Shown here in pieces: positions 11,986 to 22,391 of a DNA stretch of 64,000 bases. The position numbers and the translations under genes were made by a program. The notes below the pieces were generated by a model. That model worked only from the letters and a program-made list of their open reading frames with translations, searched no databases and was not told the DNA's origin. The number at the start of each line of letters is the position of its first letter. Position 1 is the first letter of the stretch. Location of the stretch: assembly GCA_963771395.1 (NCBI GenBank), contig CAVYTY010000021.1, positions 5,986 to 69,985 of the forward strand, written 5' to 3'. This stretch comes from an uncultured Acidobacteriota bacterium. Lineage in GTDB: Bacteria > Acidobacteriota > Vicinamibacteria > Vicinamibacterales > 2-12-FULL-66-21.

Positions 11986-12995
11986 AGCTGCTGCTGTCGA
12001 GCGTGCTTCTCGGCTCGGTCTGGTTCGCGGCGGTCAATGCAATCGTTTCGCTGATGACGTGGACGTTGGGCTGCTGGATGCTCGGGCGGTTCAGGAATTC
12101 ATCGCCGCGCCGCGTTGGCGCCGGCATGCTGTTGACGACGCGGCTGCTGCCTGCCGTCGCCGCAGCGGTGTTCGTGCTGGTCGTGTTCCTGCCCGCGCAC
12201 TGGCGCTTCGAGCCTGCCGACACGGACGAATCCTTCGGCCTCGTGCTCGGCGGCCTTGCGGCAATCGGTCTCTCGCTGGCGCTGCGCAGTGCGTGGCGTG
12301 GAGGTCATGCAGTGCGTGCCGGTCACCGCCTCGCCGCCCGGGCGCGGCGTATGGGGACCCTGGTGGAAGGCGATGCACACGGCGCGTTCGAGCTCGGCGG
12401 TCTGCCCGGCGTGTCGCTCGCCGGGATCTGGCGGCCGCAGATTCTGATCGGCTCCGAAGCGCTGTCCGCCCTGACACCTGCGGAGCTCGACGTCGCGATT
12501 GCGCACGAGGTCGCACACCGCCGCTCGCAAGACAATCTGAAACGCTTCCTCATGTTCTGCGCCCCGGATCTCTTCGGCTGGACGCGCGTGGCGCGGCAGC
12601 TGGAAGAGGGTTGGCAGGCCGAGGCTGAATGCGAGGCTGACGCGTGTGCCGTCAGGGGCGACGGCCAGCGTGCGGTCATGCTCGCGTCGGCCCTCGTCAA
12701 GGTGGCCCGACTGGGGTGCGCCGGGACGCTGCACCCGGTCTCGCCCGTGGGGACGCCAGGAACGCAGTCGTGGTTCCCCTCGTGGAGACTGTGGAGCGCG
12801 TTTCACGTGCCGACGCTGCTCGAGGTGCGCGTGCGGCGCCTCGTGTCTGGTTCGGCGGTGCCTCACGTCGTCGCGTCCAGGCTGGGGTGGCCCACCGCGA
12901 CAGTCAGCCTGGGCATTCTCGCCGGGCTGTGGCTGCTCGATTTTTCCCACACGCTCCATCTGGTCACCGAGGCGATGGTGACCCTCCTGCCTTAA
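11982..12995 (+). CDS. BlaR1-like M56/M48 membrane metallopeptidase
   Basis: N-terminal TM segments, AIAHEVAH (HExxH), ECEAD; ATGA overlap with the repressor. Confidence 0.88.
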   Translation: MKLLLSSVLLGSVWFAAVNAIVSLMTWTLGCWMLGRFRNSSPRRVGAGMLLTTRLLPAVAAAVFVLVVFLPAHWRFEPADTDESFGLVLGGLAAIGLSLALRSAWRGGHAVRAGHRLAARARRMGTLVEGDAHGAFELGGLPGVSLAGIWRPQILIGSEALSALTPAELDVAIAHEVAHRRSQDNLKRFLMFCAPDLFGWTRVARQLEEGWQAEAECEADACAVRGDGQRAVMLASALVKVARLGCAGTLHPVSPVGTPGTQSWFPSWRLWSAFHVPTLLEVRVRRLVSGSAVPHVVASRLGWPTATVSLGILAGLWLLDFSHTLHLVTEAMVTLLP

Positions 12996-13038
12996 GGACC
13001 CGGCGAGAAACGGGTCCTGACCGTCAACGGTTGCCGAC

Positions 13039-15291
13039 ATGCTGGACCGCATCGGGCACTATCGCATCGTCCGCCAGATCGGACGAGGCGGCATGGGGAT
13101 CGTGTACGAAGCGATCGACGAGCGACTGCAGCGTCCTGTCGCGATCAAGGCGCTCCTCCCGGCGTCGGATCCGCAGATGCGGGATCGTCTGCTGCGCGAG
13201 GCGCGGACCGCCGCGGCCGTGAGTCACCCGCACATCTGCCAACTCTTCGAGATAGGCGACCACGACGGCGAGCCGTTTCTCGCGATGGAGCTTCTTGAAG
13301 GTCAGTCGCTCGCGGACCGACTGGAAGCGGGGCCGCTCCCGCCGGCAGAGGCCATCACGACGGCGATCGCGGTGCTCACGGCGCTCGACGTGCTGCACCG
13401 GCGGTGGATCGTGCATCGCGATCTGAAGCCGTCGAACGTGTTCCTCTCGACGCACGGCGTCAAGCTGCTCGATTTCGGCCTGGCGCGCCCTGTCGATGCC
13501 CAGCTGCCGGAGACGACCGTTTTGACGCTCCCGGGCATGCTGCTCGGTACGCCGCGGTACATGTCGCCCGAGCAGGCGCGGGGCCTGGACCTGGACGCGC
13601 GGACGGATCTCTTTGCTGTCGGCGCCTTGCTGTTCGAGATGCTGAGCGGCCGGCCGGCGTTCAACGGGCCATCCGCGATCGAGGCGCTGCACGCCGTGCT
13701 GCACGAGCAGCCGCCCGCGCTCGTGGGGTCTCTCGCGGTCGTCGATGCGGACCGGGTCATCCAGCGTGCGCTCGCGAAGGCCCCGGCGGAGCGGTATCAG
13801 TCGGCTGAAGACATGGCGCATGATCTGCGCGCCTGCCTCGCACGCGGCGACGTGTCGGGCAGCGTGACCGCGCGGGCCGCCACGCGGCTGATGGTCCTGC
13901 CGTTCCGCATGCTGCGGCCGGACCCGGCCATCGACTTCCTCGCGTTCAGCCTGCCCGAGGCGATCACGGTCTCGCTGTCCGGCCTCGAACCGCTCATCGT
14001 TCGTTCGAGCCTCGCGGCGTCGCGGTACGCGGGAGACCAGCCAGATCTTCGAGCGCTCGCGAGCGAAGCCGGAGTCGATGCCGTTGTGACCGGGTCGTTG
14101 CTCCAGTCATCCGGGCTCGTGCGGGTCAGCGTGCAGCTGGTCGAAGTGCCGTCAGGTACGTTGCTGTGGTCGCACGCCGCCCAGGTTCCTGTCGACGAAA
14201 TGTTCCAGGTCCAGGACACGGTGTGCTCGGCGGTCGTGGAGGCGCTTGCGCTGCCGCTCTCGAGCCGCGAGCAGCGCCTGCTCCGGCGCGATGTGCCGGC
14301 GAGCTCCGAGGCCTACGGGCACTACCTGCGAGCGAACCGGTTGAGCGCCAGCTCCTCGCAGTGGCACGCCGCCATCGAGCCTTATCAGCGCGCCGTCGAG
14401 GCCGATCCATCGTATGCGCCGGCCTGGGCCCGCTTCGGCCGCTGCCTCCGGGTCGTGAGCAAGTACGGATCGCCGACCGAGGCCAGGGAGCGGCTCGAAC
14501 AGGCCGAAGAAGCGATGCAGCGCGCATTCCGCATCAACCCGGATCTGTCGTTGGCGCATCATTTTTATACGCATTTCGAAGTCGATGCGGGCCGCTCGCT
14601 CGAAGCCATGGTGCGGCTGCTCGGACGCGTTCGAGGATCCAGCAGTGATCCGGAGCTGTACGCGGGGCTGCTCCACGCCAGTCGATACGTCGGCCTTCTC
14701 GATGCGTCGATCGCCGCGTACCGGAGGGCCACGCGGCTGGATCCGGGGATTCGCACCAGCGTGGCCCATTCGTTCTTCATGCTCGGCGACTTCGAACGAG
14801 CCATCGAGCTCGACGCCGACGACCCGGCGTACCTGACCGTGCTGGCACTCCATGCTCTCGGACGATCGGACGAGGCGCTGGACCTCTGTCGATTGGCGCC
14901 CGGCCGGAGTCCGGGAAACGAGACGGTCAAAGCGCTGATCCAGGGCATCCGGTCGTTCCTGGAGGGGCACACCGAGGAAGGACGCGCGGCCATCGCGAAG
15001 CTGCAATCCTTCACGACCTTCACCGATCCCGAAGGGTTGTACCACTGGGCCCACGCGGCGGCAGGTCTCGGCGAGCATGACGATGCGCTCAGCCTGCTGT
15101 CTCGGGCGGTCGACACCGGGTTCTACTGCGCCCGCGGGTTCGAAGTCAGCCCCCTCCTGTCGGGGCTCCGCCGGTTTCCAGCTTTCGACGAAATCCTCGA
15201 CCGAGCGCGGGTTCGCCAGCACGTGGCGGCGACCGCGTTCGGGGATGCCGACGGTCCACGCCTGCTCGGTCTCCCAATCGATACGCACTGA
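13039..15291 (+). CDS. Ser/Thr protein kinase with TolB-N-like and TPR domains
   Basis: GRGGMG, VAIK, HRDLKPSN, DFG, GTPRYMSPEQ, then LMVLPF and helical repeats. Confidence 0.93.
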   Translation: MLDRIGHYRIVRQIGRGGMGIVYEAIDERLQRPVAIKALLPASDPQMRDRLLREARTAAAVSHPHICQLFEIGDHDGEPFLAMELLEGQSLADRLEAGPLPPAEAITTAIAVLTALDVLHRRWIVHRDLKPSNVFLSTHGVKLLDFGLARPVDAQLPETTVLTLPGMLLGTPRYMSPEQARGLDLDARTDLFAVGALLFEMLSGRPAFNGPSAIEALHAVLHEQPPALVGSLAVVDADRVIQRALAKAPAERYQSAEDMAHDLRACLARGDVSGSVTARAATRLMVLPFRMLRPDPAIDFLAFSLPEAITVSLSGLEPLIVRSSLAASRYAGDQPDLRALASEAGVDAVVTGSLLQSSGLVRVSVQLVEVPSGTLLWSHAAQVPVDEMFQVQDTVCSAVVEALALPLSSREQRLLRRDVPASSEAYGHYLRANRLSASSSQWHAAIEPYQRAVEADPSYAPAWARFGRCLRVVSKYGSPTEARERLEQAEEAMQRAFRINPDLSLAHHFYTHFEVDAGRSLEAMVRLLGRVRGSSSDPELYAGLLHASRYVGLLDASIAAYRRATRLDPGIRTSVAHSFFMLGDFERAIELDADDPAYLTVLALHALGRSDEALDLCRLAPGRSPGNETVKALIQGIRSFLEGHTEEGRAAIAKLQSFTTFTDPEGLYHWAHAAAGLGEHDDALSLLSRAVDTGFYCARGFEVSPLLSGLRRFPAFDEILDRARVRQHVAATAFGDADGPRLLGLPIDTH

Positions 15292-15309
15292 ATTCACACG
15301 AGAGCTCCG

Positions 15310-15364
15310 AGCGCCTGCGGCCGGCGAGGCCGCGCGAGAGCGAGCGAGGGTGGGACCCGCGAGC
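15310..15364 (+). repeat. Degenerate copy of the GC-rich REP-like repeat also found at 38865-39004
   Basis: AGCGCCTGCGGCC...GCCGCGCGAGAGC...GGGTGGGACCCGC matches the reverse complement of the 38.9 kb copies. Confidence 0.7.
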
Positions 15365-15465
15365 CCTAAAAGAGAATCCGTCGAGACAAAATTGCGCTAT
15401 CCAACACCAAACATGCGGCGCGGCCGTGGCCACCGTTGACGATTGAACCGCCGTAGCATTCGTCA

Positions 15466-15511
15466 GATCAATAGCTTACGGTCCCCCCTCGCAAACGGCA
15501 TCGATCCTGCA
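15466..15511 (+). promoter_or_regulatory. Candidate sigma54 promoter with upstream IHF-like site
   Basis: CGGCATCGATCCTGCA (GG-N10-GC, 15496-15511); GATCAATAGCTTA resembles WATCAANNNNTTR. Confidence 0.55.
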
Positions 15512-15533
15512 CAGCGCCGTGCGGTTCGTGCCT

Positions 15534-16508
15534 ATGATTCCCCCCTACCTGATTTTGTGCGATCGTGTGCTCCGCGTAGGGCACCACGCATTCGTGATCC
15601 TGCTGGTGGTGGCGTCAGCGATCGTGCTGACTGCACAGACCGTCGTCGATCCACGGTATGTGGAGTTCACACCATCAGCCGATCACAACACTCTCGGCGG
15701 TGATGGCGCGCCACTCGTCCAGCGATACTCGCTCTCGGTGTTCGTCGTCGGGTCCTCGGTTCCGTTCGACACCATGGACCTCGGCAAGCCTGCGCCGAGC
15801 GGCGGGGTTATCCGCGTGGACTTTCTTCCACTCCTGCATAGTGTGCCGGCCCCGGGCGTAGTGTTCGAGGCGCGCGTCATCGCGATCGGGCCCGGCGGTT
15901 CGACTGGTAGCTCCGCGTCGAATGGTTTCTCGTTCACGCAGCCCTGTGCTCCATCCATCAACTCGACAGGGCAATCGGTAGGCGCAGGCGTCACGACGGG
16001 AAGCGTGGGCGTGACGGCCGGCACCGGTTGCACATGGACAGCTGTGAGCAACGCGAGCTGGATCACGGTCACGAGCGGTGCGAGCGGCAGCGGCAACGGC
16101 TCGGCGGGCTTCAGCGTTGCCGCTAACCCCAATACGTCGACGCGATCCGGCACGCTGACTATCGCCTCGCGTACGTTCACGGTCACGCAGGCCGCCAGCG
16201 GTTGCAGTATCCTGTTGACGCCAACGAGCTTGACGATGACTGGTGTTGGCGGGACAGGCAGCATCACGGTTGGCACCTCCAGCGGATGCGCGTGGGCGGC
16301 GTCGACGACACAGGCGTGGATCACCGTCAGCGGTTCGGGCACGGCGTCCGGTTCGGCGAGCTACACCGTGCAGCCCAATACCGGGACCGGTTCCCGCACC
16401 GGTACGATCAACATCGGCACCCAGGCCTTCACGATCAGCCAGAGCAACCTGACCCCGCCAGTGACGCCCGTGTCGCCACAGGGTCTCCGCATCGTGGGCG
16501 GGAGGTAG
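15534..16508 (+). CDS. Secreted protein with an Fn3-like domain and two BACON domains
   Basis: Hydrophobic leader; two copies of GCxWxAxS/TxxxWITVxxGxxxG...RxGTxxI. Confidence 0.85.
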   Translation: MIPPYLILCDRVLRVGHHAFVILLVVASAIVLTAQTVVDPRYVEFTPSADHNTLGGDGAPLVQRYSLSVFVVGSSVPFDTMDLGKPAPSGGVIRVDFLPLLHSVPAPGVVFEARVIAIGPGGSTGSSASNGFSFTQPCAPSINSTGQSVGAGVTTGSVGVTAGTGCTWTAVSNASWITVTSGASGSGNGSAGFSVAANPNTSTRSGTLTIASRTFTVTQAASGCSILLTPTSLTMTGVGGTGSITVGTSSGCAWAASTTQAWITVSGSGTASGSASYTVQPNTGTGSRTGTINIGTQAFTISQSNLTPPVTPVSPQGLRIVGGR

Positions 16509-16519
16509 AACGCCTCAGG

Positions 16520-16860
16520 GCTCAGGCGAAACCTTCGCGGGCGTACTCCAAGTTCTTGCCGCGTGGCGGCGTCGGACGTTTGGAAGGCGTCGACCCGCAG
16601 GCGCGTCGCCATCAGCGCGAGCGTTGTCGCCTGCAGCAGCATGTCGTGCTGGGAACGGAGCGTTTCCGGCGGCTTGATTCCAGCCAACTCCCGTCTGATC
16701 CTTTCAAGTTCCTCCACAGCCAGCTGAACGCGCTCCACGGTCTGGTCCTCCGCGGCATCGAGCGACGTCAGCAGCGTTCGCAGACGACGCAGACGATCGA
16801 GCACGGGCGAGACCCGCGGTTGCCCGGTAGTAGCTGTCCTGACGAGGACGGTGGCGCGGG
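16520..16860 (-). pseudogene. Possible remnant of a helical hypothetical protein
   Basis: Protein-like stretch RVSPVLDRLRRLRTLL...IKPPETLRSQHDMLLQATTLA with no credible start. Confidence 0.3.
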
Positions 16861-17305
16861 CGCGTCTGCCGGCGCACTCGGGCGGGCCCAGCAAGGCTAT
16901 CGAAGCGACAGCGTGGAGTCCACACAACTCATCGCGCGAGTGTCACACTGCGGCCGGCCTTTTGTCGCCCCTGAAGCGTACTCCTGTCTCTGACGATGTC
17001 GTAATACCCATCAAATCGCTAGCGATTCGTCGAGCATTCTCGTGATCTGCTGCGCGGCAGGCTGGTTGCTGCACTTCCGCGCAGAGGGCATTGATGAGAT
17101 TGGGTGTAGGCCGACTTCTGCTCGCTATTGCTTCAGTCGTTGTCCGTATGGCCGGCGATCACTATGTGGCCGACCTGCTGGCCATCGCATTTCTTGCGAG
17201 CGCGACTCTCAACGTCTACCGAACCGGGGAGCTCCGTTCAGCGGCCCGGACCGTGCGTTCCTAGAGTTGTTTCCCATCTGAACCTGCCATAATGTCGGGC
17301 GCACC

Positions 17306-18328
17306 ATGCCCGACGTGCATACCAGGGCTGACCCCCGCGACGACGTTGCCCCGACCGGGGTCATCAACTGCGCGGCATACTCCGCTGGCCAGCGTGTTGC
17401 CGACCTGCCCATCTGCGACATCCACGAGGCCCTCGCGCACACGGACCGGTTCGTCTGGATCGGCCTGAACGAGCCGCGCGAAGAAGTCCTGCGCGAGGTG
17501 CAGCGCGAGTTCCATCTGCACGACCTTGCCATCGAAGACGCGCTCAGCGCGCACCAGCGTCCCAAGCTCGAGCTCTACGAAGGATCGCTCTTCGTCGTCC
17601 TGCGAACGGCGCAGCTGCTCCCGGGCGGCATCGGGCTGGAGTTCGGCGAGACCCACGTGTTTGTCGGCGACCGCTACATCGTATCGGTCCGGCACGGGTC
17701 GCTCAAGTCCCACGTCGGCCTCCGGGCGCGCTGCGAAGCCGCGCCGCACCTTCTCAGCAAGGGACCGGGGTTCGTCCTCTACGCGCTCATGGACTTCATC
17801 GTCGATCAATACCTGCCGATCGTCGAATCGCTCGAAGAACAGCTCGAGACGCTCGAGGAAGAGATCTTCGGCGCACGGTTCGACCGCGAGACGACCGGAC
17901 GCCTCTATCGGCTCAAGCGCGATCTTCTCTCCCTCAAGCGGGCGGTGTCGCCGCTCGTCGACGTCAGCAACCGTCTGATGCGGCACGACATCAGCCTCAT
18001 CCCCGAAGACACGCGGCTGTACTTCCGAGACGTGTACGACCACGTGCTGCGCATGAACGAGATGATCGACAACCTCCGCGAGCTCCTGACGACCGCGCTC
18101 GAGGCCAACCTGTCCCTGATTTCCGTGTCGCAGACCGAGCACACCAAGCGGCTGGCGGCGTGGGCGGCAATCATTGCCGTGCCCACGATGATCGCCGGTG
18201 TGTACGGCATGAACTTCGAAGCCATGCCCGAGCTGCACTGGCAGTATGGATATCCGCTGGTGATGGCGATCATGCTGGGCGCCTGCGCGGCGCTCTTTAT
18301 CGGCTTCCGGCGATCGGGATGGCTGTAG
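17306..18328 (+). CDS. corA: Magnesium/cobalt transporter CorA
   Basis: HDLAIED, HQRPKLE, YFRDVYDH, YGMNF motif, MPEL, two C-terminal TMs. Confidence 0.95.
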   Translation: MPDVHTRADPRDDVAPTGVINCAAYSAGQRVADLPICDIHEALAHTDRFVWIGLNEPREEVLREVQREFHLHDLAIEDALSAHQRPKLELYEGSLFVVLRTAQLLPGGIGLEFGETHVFVGDRYIVSVRHGSLKSHVGLRARCEAAPHLLSKGPGFVLYALMDFIVDQYLPIVESLEEQLETLEEEIFGARFDRETTGRLYRLKRDLLSLKRAVSPLVDVSNRLMRHDISLIPEDTRLYFRDVYDHVLRMNEMIDNLRELLTTALEANLSLISVSQTEHTKRLAAWAAIIAVPTMIAGVYGMNFEAMPELHWQYGYPLVMAIMLGACAALFIGFRRSGWL

Positions 18329-18339
18329 GGGAGAGATCG

Positions 18340-18544
18340 AGAAAGTCTGAAGTCTGACGTTTGAAGTCTGAAGTGGGGAAGTCCGAAGTCTGAAGTTGGG
18401 AAGTGGAAGTTGGAAGTGTAGAAGTTGGGCAGTGCGAAAGTCGGAACTGCTTCCCACTTCCTTCGCACTTCAGACTTCCACTTCCGACTTCAGACCTCAA
18501 ACTTCCCCCACTTCAGACTTCAAACGTCAGACTTCACACTTTCT
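18340..18544. repeat. Element C: ~200-bp palindrome built from GAAGTCT-type heptamers
   Basis: GAAGTCTGACGTTTGAAGTCTGAAGTGGGG and its reverse complement form long arms between two convergent stop codons. Confidence 0.9.
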
Positions 18545-18551
18545 GCCATCG

Positions 18552-21146
18552 CTAATCGCCTTTCATCACCGACGCCGCGTCGACACGCAGGGCTCGCAGC
18601 GCCGGGAGCAGGCTTCCTCCGACGGTCATGAGGATGGCGAGGCCTGCCGCGGCGATGAACGTCGCCGGATCTCCCGGTCCGACGCCGGCGAGCAGGGCCT
18701 TCATCTGTTCTCCAGCGATGTAGGCCAGGCCGATCCCCAGAATCGCGCCGACAGCCGCGAACAACGCGCCTTGTCCCAGTACGAGCTTGAGAATACTGGA
18801 CCGTTGCGCGCCCAACGCGACGCGGAGGCCAATCTCGGCCCGCCGTTCGGAGACCGCGTACGAGAGCAGCCCGTGGATTCCGATGCCGGCGAGGAGCAGC
18901 GAGAGCAGGGCGAACGCCTGCAGGAGGCGCAGCTGCGTCACCCGCGGGGCGGTCTGCGTGTCGACGACGTCGCGAAGCGTGCGGATGCGCGCCAGCGGGA
19001 GGTCGGGGTCTGCCTCGCGCACGATCCGGCGGATCGCCGGCGTGAGCGCGGCCAGATCTCCCGACGAACGAACCACGAGCTCCCTCGGTGCATAGAACGC
19101 GAACCAGCCGTCGGCCACCTGCCGGTACGGCAGGTACACCTGGGGTTCGCTCGGGCGCTCGAGGCCCCGCACGCGGATATCCGCTACGACGCCGACGACG
19201 GTCCGTTCGCTCATGGCCATGGTGAATGACCGGCCGATGGGGTCGCCGTCGGGCCAGTAACGGCGCACGAACGACTCGCTCACGACCGCCACCATCTGGG
19301 AGGACGAGGTGTCGGACTCGCGGACATCTCTGCCGCGCCTGAAGGGAATCCCGAGCGTCGTGAAGAAGTCTGGCGTCACGAAGCGCATGCTGGCGGTCCG
19401 CGACTGCTCGGCGTCGGCGGGCACCGCCGGTCCCCCTGTGATTCTCAATCCCCCAGATACCGCCGCCCATCGCCATCGGAACGAAGCTGATGAACGCGGC
19501 GCTCGACGCTCCCGGAAGCGTCCGCGTCTCTGACAGGACCCGGTTGTAGAAGTCCACACGACGCGCCGTCGGCGTGTACTTGGGCCACGACACCGGGGTT
19601 TGAATGGCCAGGACTTTTTCCGTCTCGAAGCCCGGATCGACAGCCTGCACGCGCCACAGCGCGCGGATGAGGAGCCCGGCGGAGATGAGCAGCGCGACCG
19701 AGACCGTGACTTGCGCGACAACCAGCACTGCGCGCAGGCGCTGACCTCGGCCGCTCGTGGCGGACCGCATGCCTTCGCGCAGATCGCTCATGTCCGGACG
19801 GCGGCTGACGCGAAGCGCGGGGATGACACCGAATCCGAGACCTGTGCCGCACGTGACGAGCGAGGCGAAGAGCAGCACGCGAAGGTCGATAGTCGGTTCG
19901 CCCATCGGCAGCGTCAGCGGCACGAGCCGAGACAGCAGCGGCATCGCGGTCACCGCGATGGCGACGCCGACGATGCCTCCGAGCAGGGACAGCACGAGGC
20001 TTTCTGTGAGCAACTGCCGGACCAGCCGTTCGCGGCCGGAGCCGAGCGCGCTCCGGACGGCCAGTTCGGCCCGGCGTCCGAGGACGCGGGTCAGGAGGAG
20101 GCTGGCCAGGTTGGTGCACGCAATGAGCAGCACCGAGAGCGATGCCCCGAAGAGCGCACTGAGCAGCAGCCTGGTTTGCGCGGAGAGCTCGCCGCGCAAC
20201 GGGATCACCGTTGCCCGCGTCCGGAAGTTCTCCTTCGGGTAGCTGCGCTCGAGCTGCTCGGCGATGGTCGTCAGGTCGCTGCGGGCCTGCTCGATCGTGA
20301 CGCCGGTTTTGAGCTTCGCGATTACCTGAAGGTAGTCGTCGGCGCGGTCGTTGAAGTCGGCGGCACGGAAGCGAAAGGGTCGCCAGGCCTGCGTCCTGCG
20401 GCTGGGGAATACGAAATCCGGCGGCATCACCCCGATGACGGTGTAGCTCTCGTCGTCCAGCCGAACGACTCTGCCGAGGACAGCCGGATCCGCCCCGAAC
20501 TCGGATTGCCAGAGCGCATGGCTGACCAGAAGGGTTCCCGCCGCACCCTCGCGATCGTCCTCCGGGTCGAACACTCGTCCGCGCGCAGGTGTAGCGCCCA
20601 GAAGGGAAAAGAGGCTTGCGTCGACGAGCGTCGTCTCGAGGTACTGAGGCTCACGTGCGCCCGACATGTTCGCGGGTCGCGCCGAGAACGCGGCCATCCC
20701 GTCGAACGATGTGCTCTGCGCCTTCCAGTCGCGATAATTTCCGGGCGACAGCTCCATTCGTCCGTAGCCGCGCGGCTGGTCCTCCCAGACTGCACGAGCC
20801 GGTCGCTCTCCGGGAACGGCAGCGGCCGCAGGAGCACGTGATCGGCGACGAGAACGCCGCGGTCGTCGCGCCGATGCCAACCGCCGCGACAGGATCGCCG
20901 TGGCCGCGAAGCCCGGCGTCCGCAAGAGCGTACGCGCCGTGTAGCGGAGATCCTGCCGCAGGATGTCGGCGTGGACGGGCAGCGCGTTCGGGACGATGTC
21001 GGCAATCGCACGGCACCAGAGCGGCCACCGCCGCGAGTCCAGGCGCGTGCGCCGCGCGTTGGCAAAGACGGCCGGCATATCCCGGCGCCGTACTCGGCGC
21101 GAAACACGACGGATAGAGCCTGAAGGAGCGCGCGGTAGAAGAGCAT
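18552..21146 (-). CDS. Duplicated MacB/FtsX ABC permease (ADOP type), several frameshifts
   Basis: QDLRYTARTL, IACTNLASLL, RRAEIGLRVALGA, PALRALRVD. Confidence 0.9.
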
Positions 21147-21149
21147 CGC

Positions 21150-21501
21150 TCAGGTTCTCCGCGGCGCGAACCCGCTTGCGCGGGCCAGGCGCAGCAGTTC
21201 CGCGAGCCGCTGCGTCTCGGCCCGCGCGACCGCCTTGCCGAACGGCGTGATGCGGTAGTACCGGCGCCGCTCGTCGTCGAGTTCGGGCGCCGGGCGCTCG
21301 CCGGCTCCGCGATCAGGCCCTGCTCGAGCATGCGCTGAATCGACCGATAGAGGGTGCCCGCGCTCAGCCGCACGCTCGCCGGGTCCGCGCCGCCACTTCC
21401 TGAATGATCGCGTAGCCGTGCCGGTCGTCGTCCGCGAGCGCGAGCAGGATGTGGAAGGTCGCCGGCTGCAGGGGGAGGAGCGCGTCGATCTCTGTCTGCA
21501 T
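21150..21501 (-). CDS. PadR-family regulator (frameshifts)
   Basis: FHILLALADDDRHGYAII, LSAGTLYRSIQRM, RRRYYRITPFG. Confidence 0.9.
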
Positions 21502-21511
21502 CCATCATACA

Positions 21512-21537
21512 TATAGCCATAGTGGCTATAGTGTCAA
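21512..21537 (-). promoter_or_regulatory. Candidate PadR operator next to a TTGACA -35 box
   Basis: Perfect TATAGCCA-TAG-TGGCTATA palindrome at 21512-21530; TTGACA on minus strand at 21537-21532. Confidence 0.6.
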
Positions 21538-21724
21538 CGATCGGATGCGCGGGGATCCGCGGGGATGAACGCGCTGCCCGTCCTGAATGCCAGGGGATAC
21601 GTGAGCGCGGTCGTGAGCGCGACGAACCGGACCGCGACGCCTCAGGTGCGGCGAGCCCCAACCTTGTTCTCGCTCGAGCCGCCAATCAGCGGCGGCGCTA
21701 TGATAGTCTCCCCGAAGGAATTGC

Positions 21725-22306
21725 ATGGCCAGGGAGCTTCTCTCCATCGTCCGCAACGTGGCACGCCTGTCGGCGTTGCAGCGGCTTGGACTCCTGGACA
21801 CGCCTCCGGAGGCGGCCTTCGATCGTTTGACGCGTGTCGCCTGCCGCGTGCTGCGCACGCCGGTCGGCATTGTTTCGCTCGTGGACCAGAATCGGCAGTT
21901 TTTCAAGAGCTGCGTTGGCCTGCCGGAGCCGATCGCATCGAGGCGGCAGACACCGGTCTCGCACTCCTTTTGTCAGCACGTCGTCGCGACCGGCAAGCCC
22001 CTGATCGTCGAAGACGCCCGCAACAATCCGCTGGTCAGGCTGAACCCTGCCGTCGAAGAGATGGGGATCGTCGCCTACGCCGGCATCCCGCTCGTGACGA
22101 GCGACGGCCACGCCATCGGGAGTTTCTGCGTGATCGACAGCCGCCCGCGGTCGTGGAGCTTCGATGACGTCGAGATGCTCCAGGAGCTGGCCGGGTGCGT
22201 GATGCACGAGATTGAAGGACGGCACCTGCTGCAGGCGAGCGAGGCCCGCTGCCGCGAGCTCGAAGCGAGGCTTCGCGACGCCGGGCCGCCCGGGACCAGC
22301 CACTGA
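21725..22306 (+). CDS. Stand-alone GAF-domain protein
   Basis: LLDTPPEAAFDRLT, RQFFKS, SHSFCQHVV, YAGIPL, IGSFCVID; short coiled-coil tail and no output domain. Confidence 0.88.
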   Translation: MARELLSIVRNVARLSALQRLGLLDTPPEAAFDRLTRVACRVLRTPVGIVSLVDQNRQFFKSCVGLPEPIASRRQTPVSHSFCQHVVATGKPLIVEDARNNPLVRLNPAVEEMGIVAYAGIPLVTSDGHAIGSFCVIDSRPRSWSFDDVEMLQELAGCVMHEIEGRHLLQASEARCRELEARLRDAGPPGTSH

Positions 22307-22391
22307 CTCTCTGCTGGCCGAACTCCCCGACAACCTGCTAAAGTCCCCTCCGGTCGAGGCCCGTAGTGTCCGCCTCGCGTGGAGGGTGTGG

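Noticed and set aside
12995..13018. Hairpin AGGACCCG...CGGGTCCT as a terminator
   Set aside because: No U-tract, and it lies inside an apparent operon
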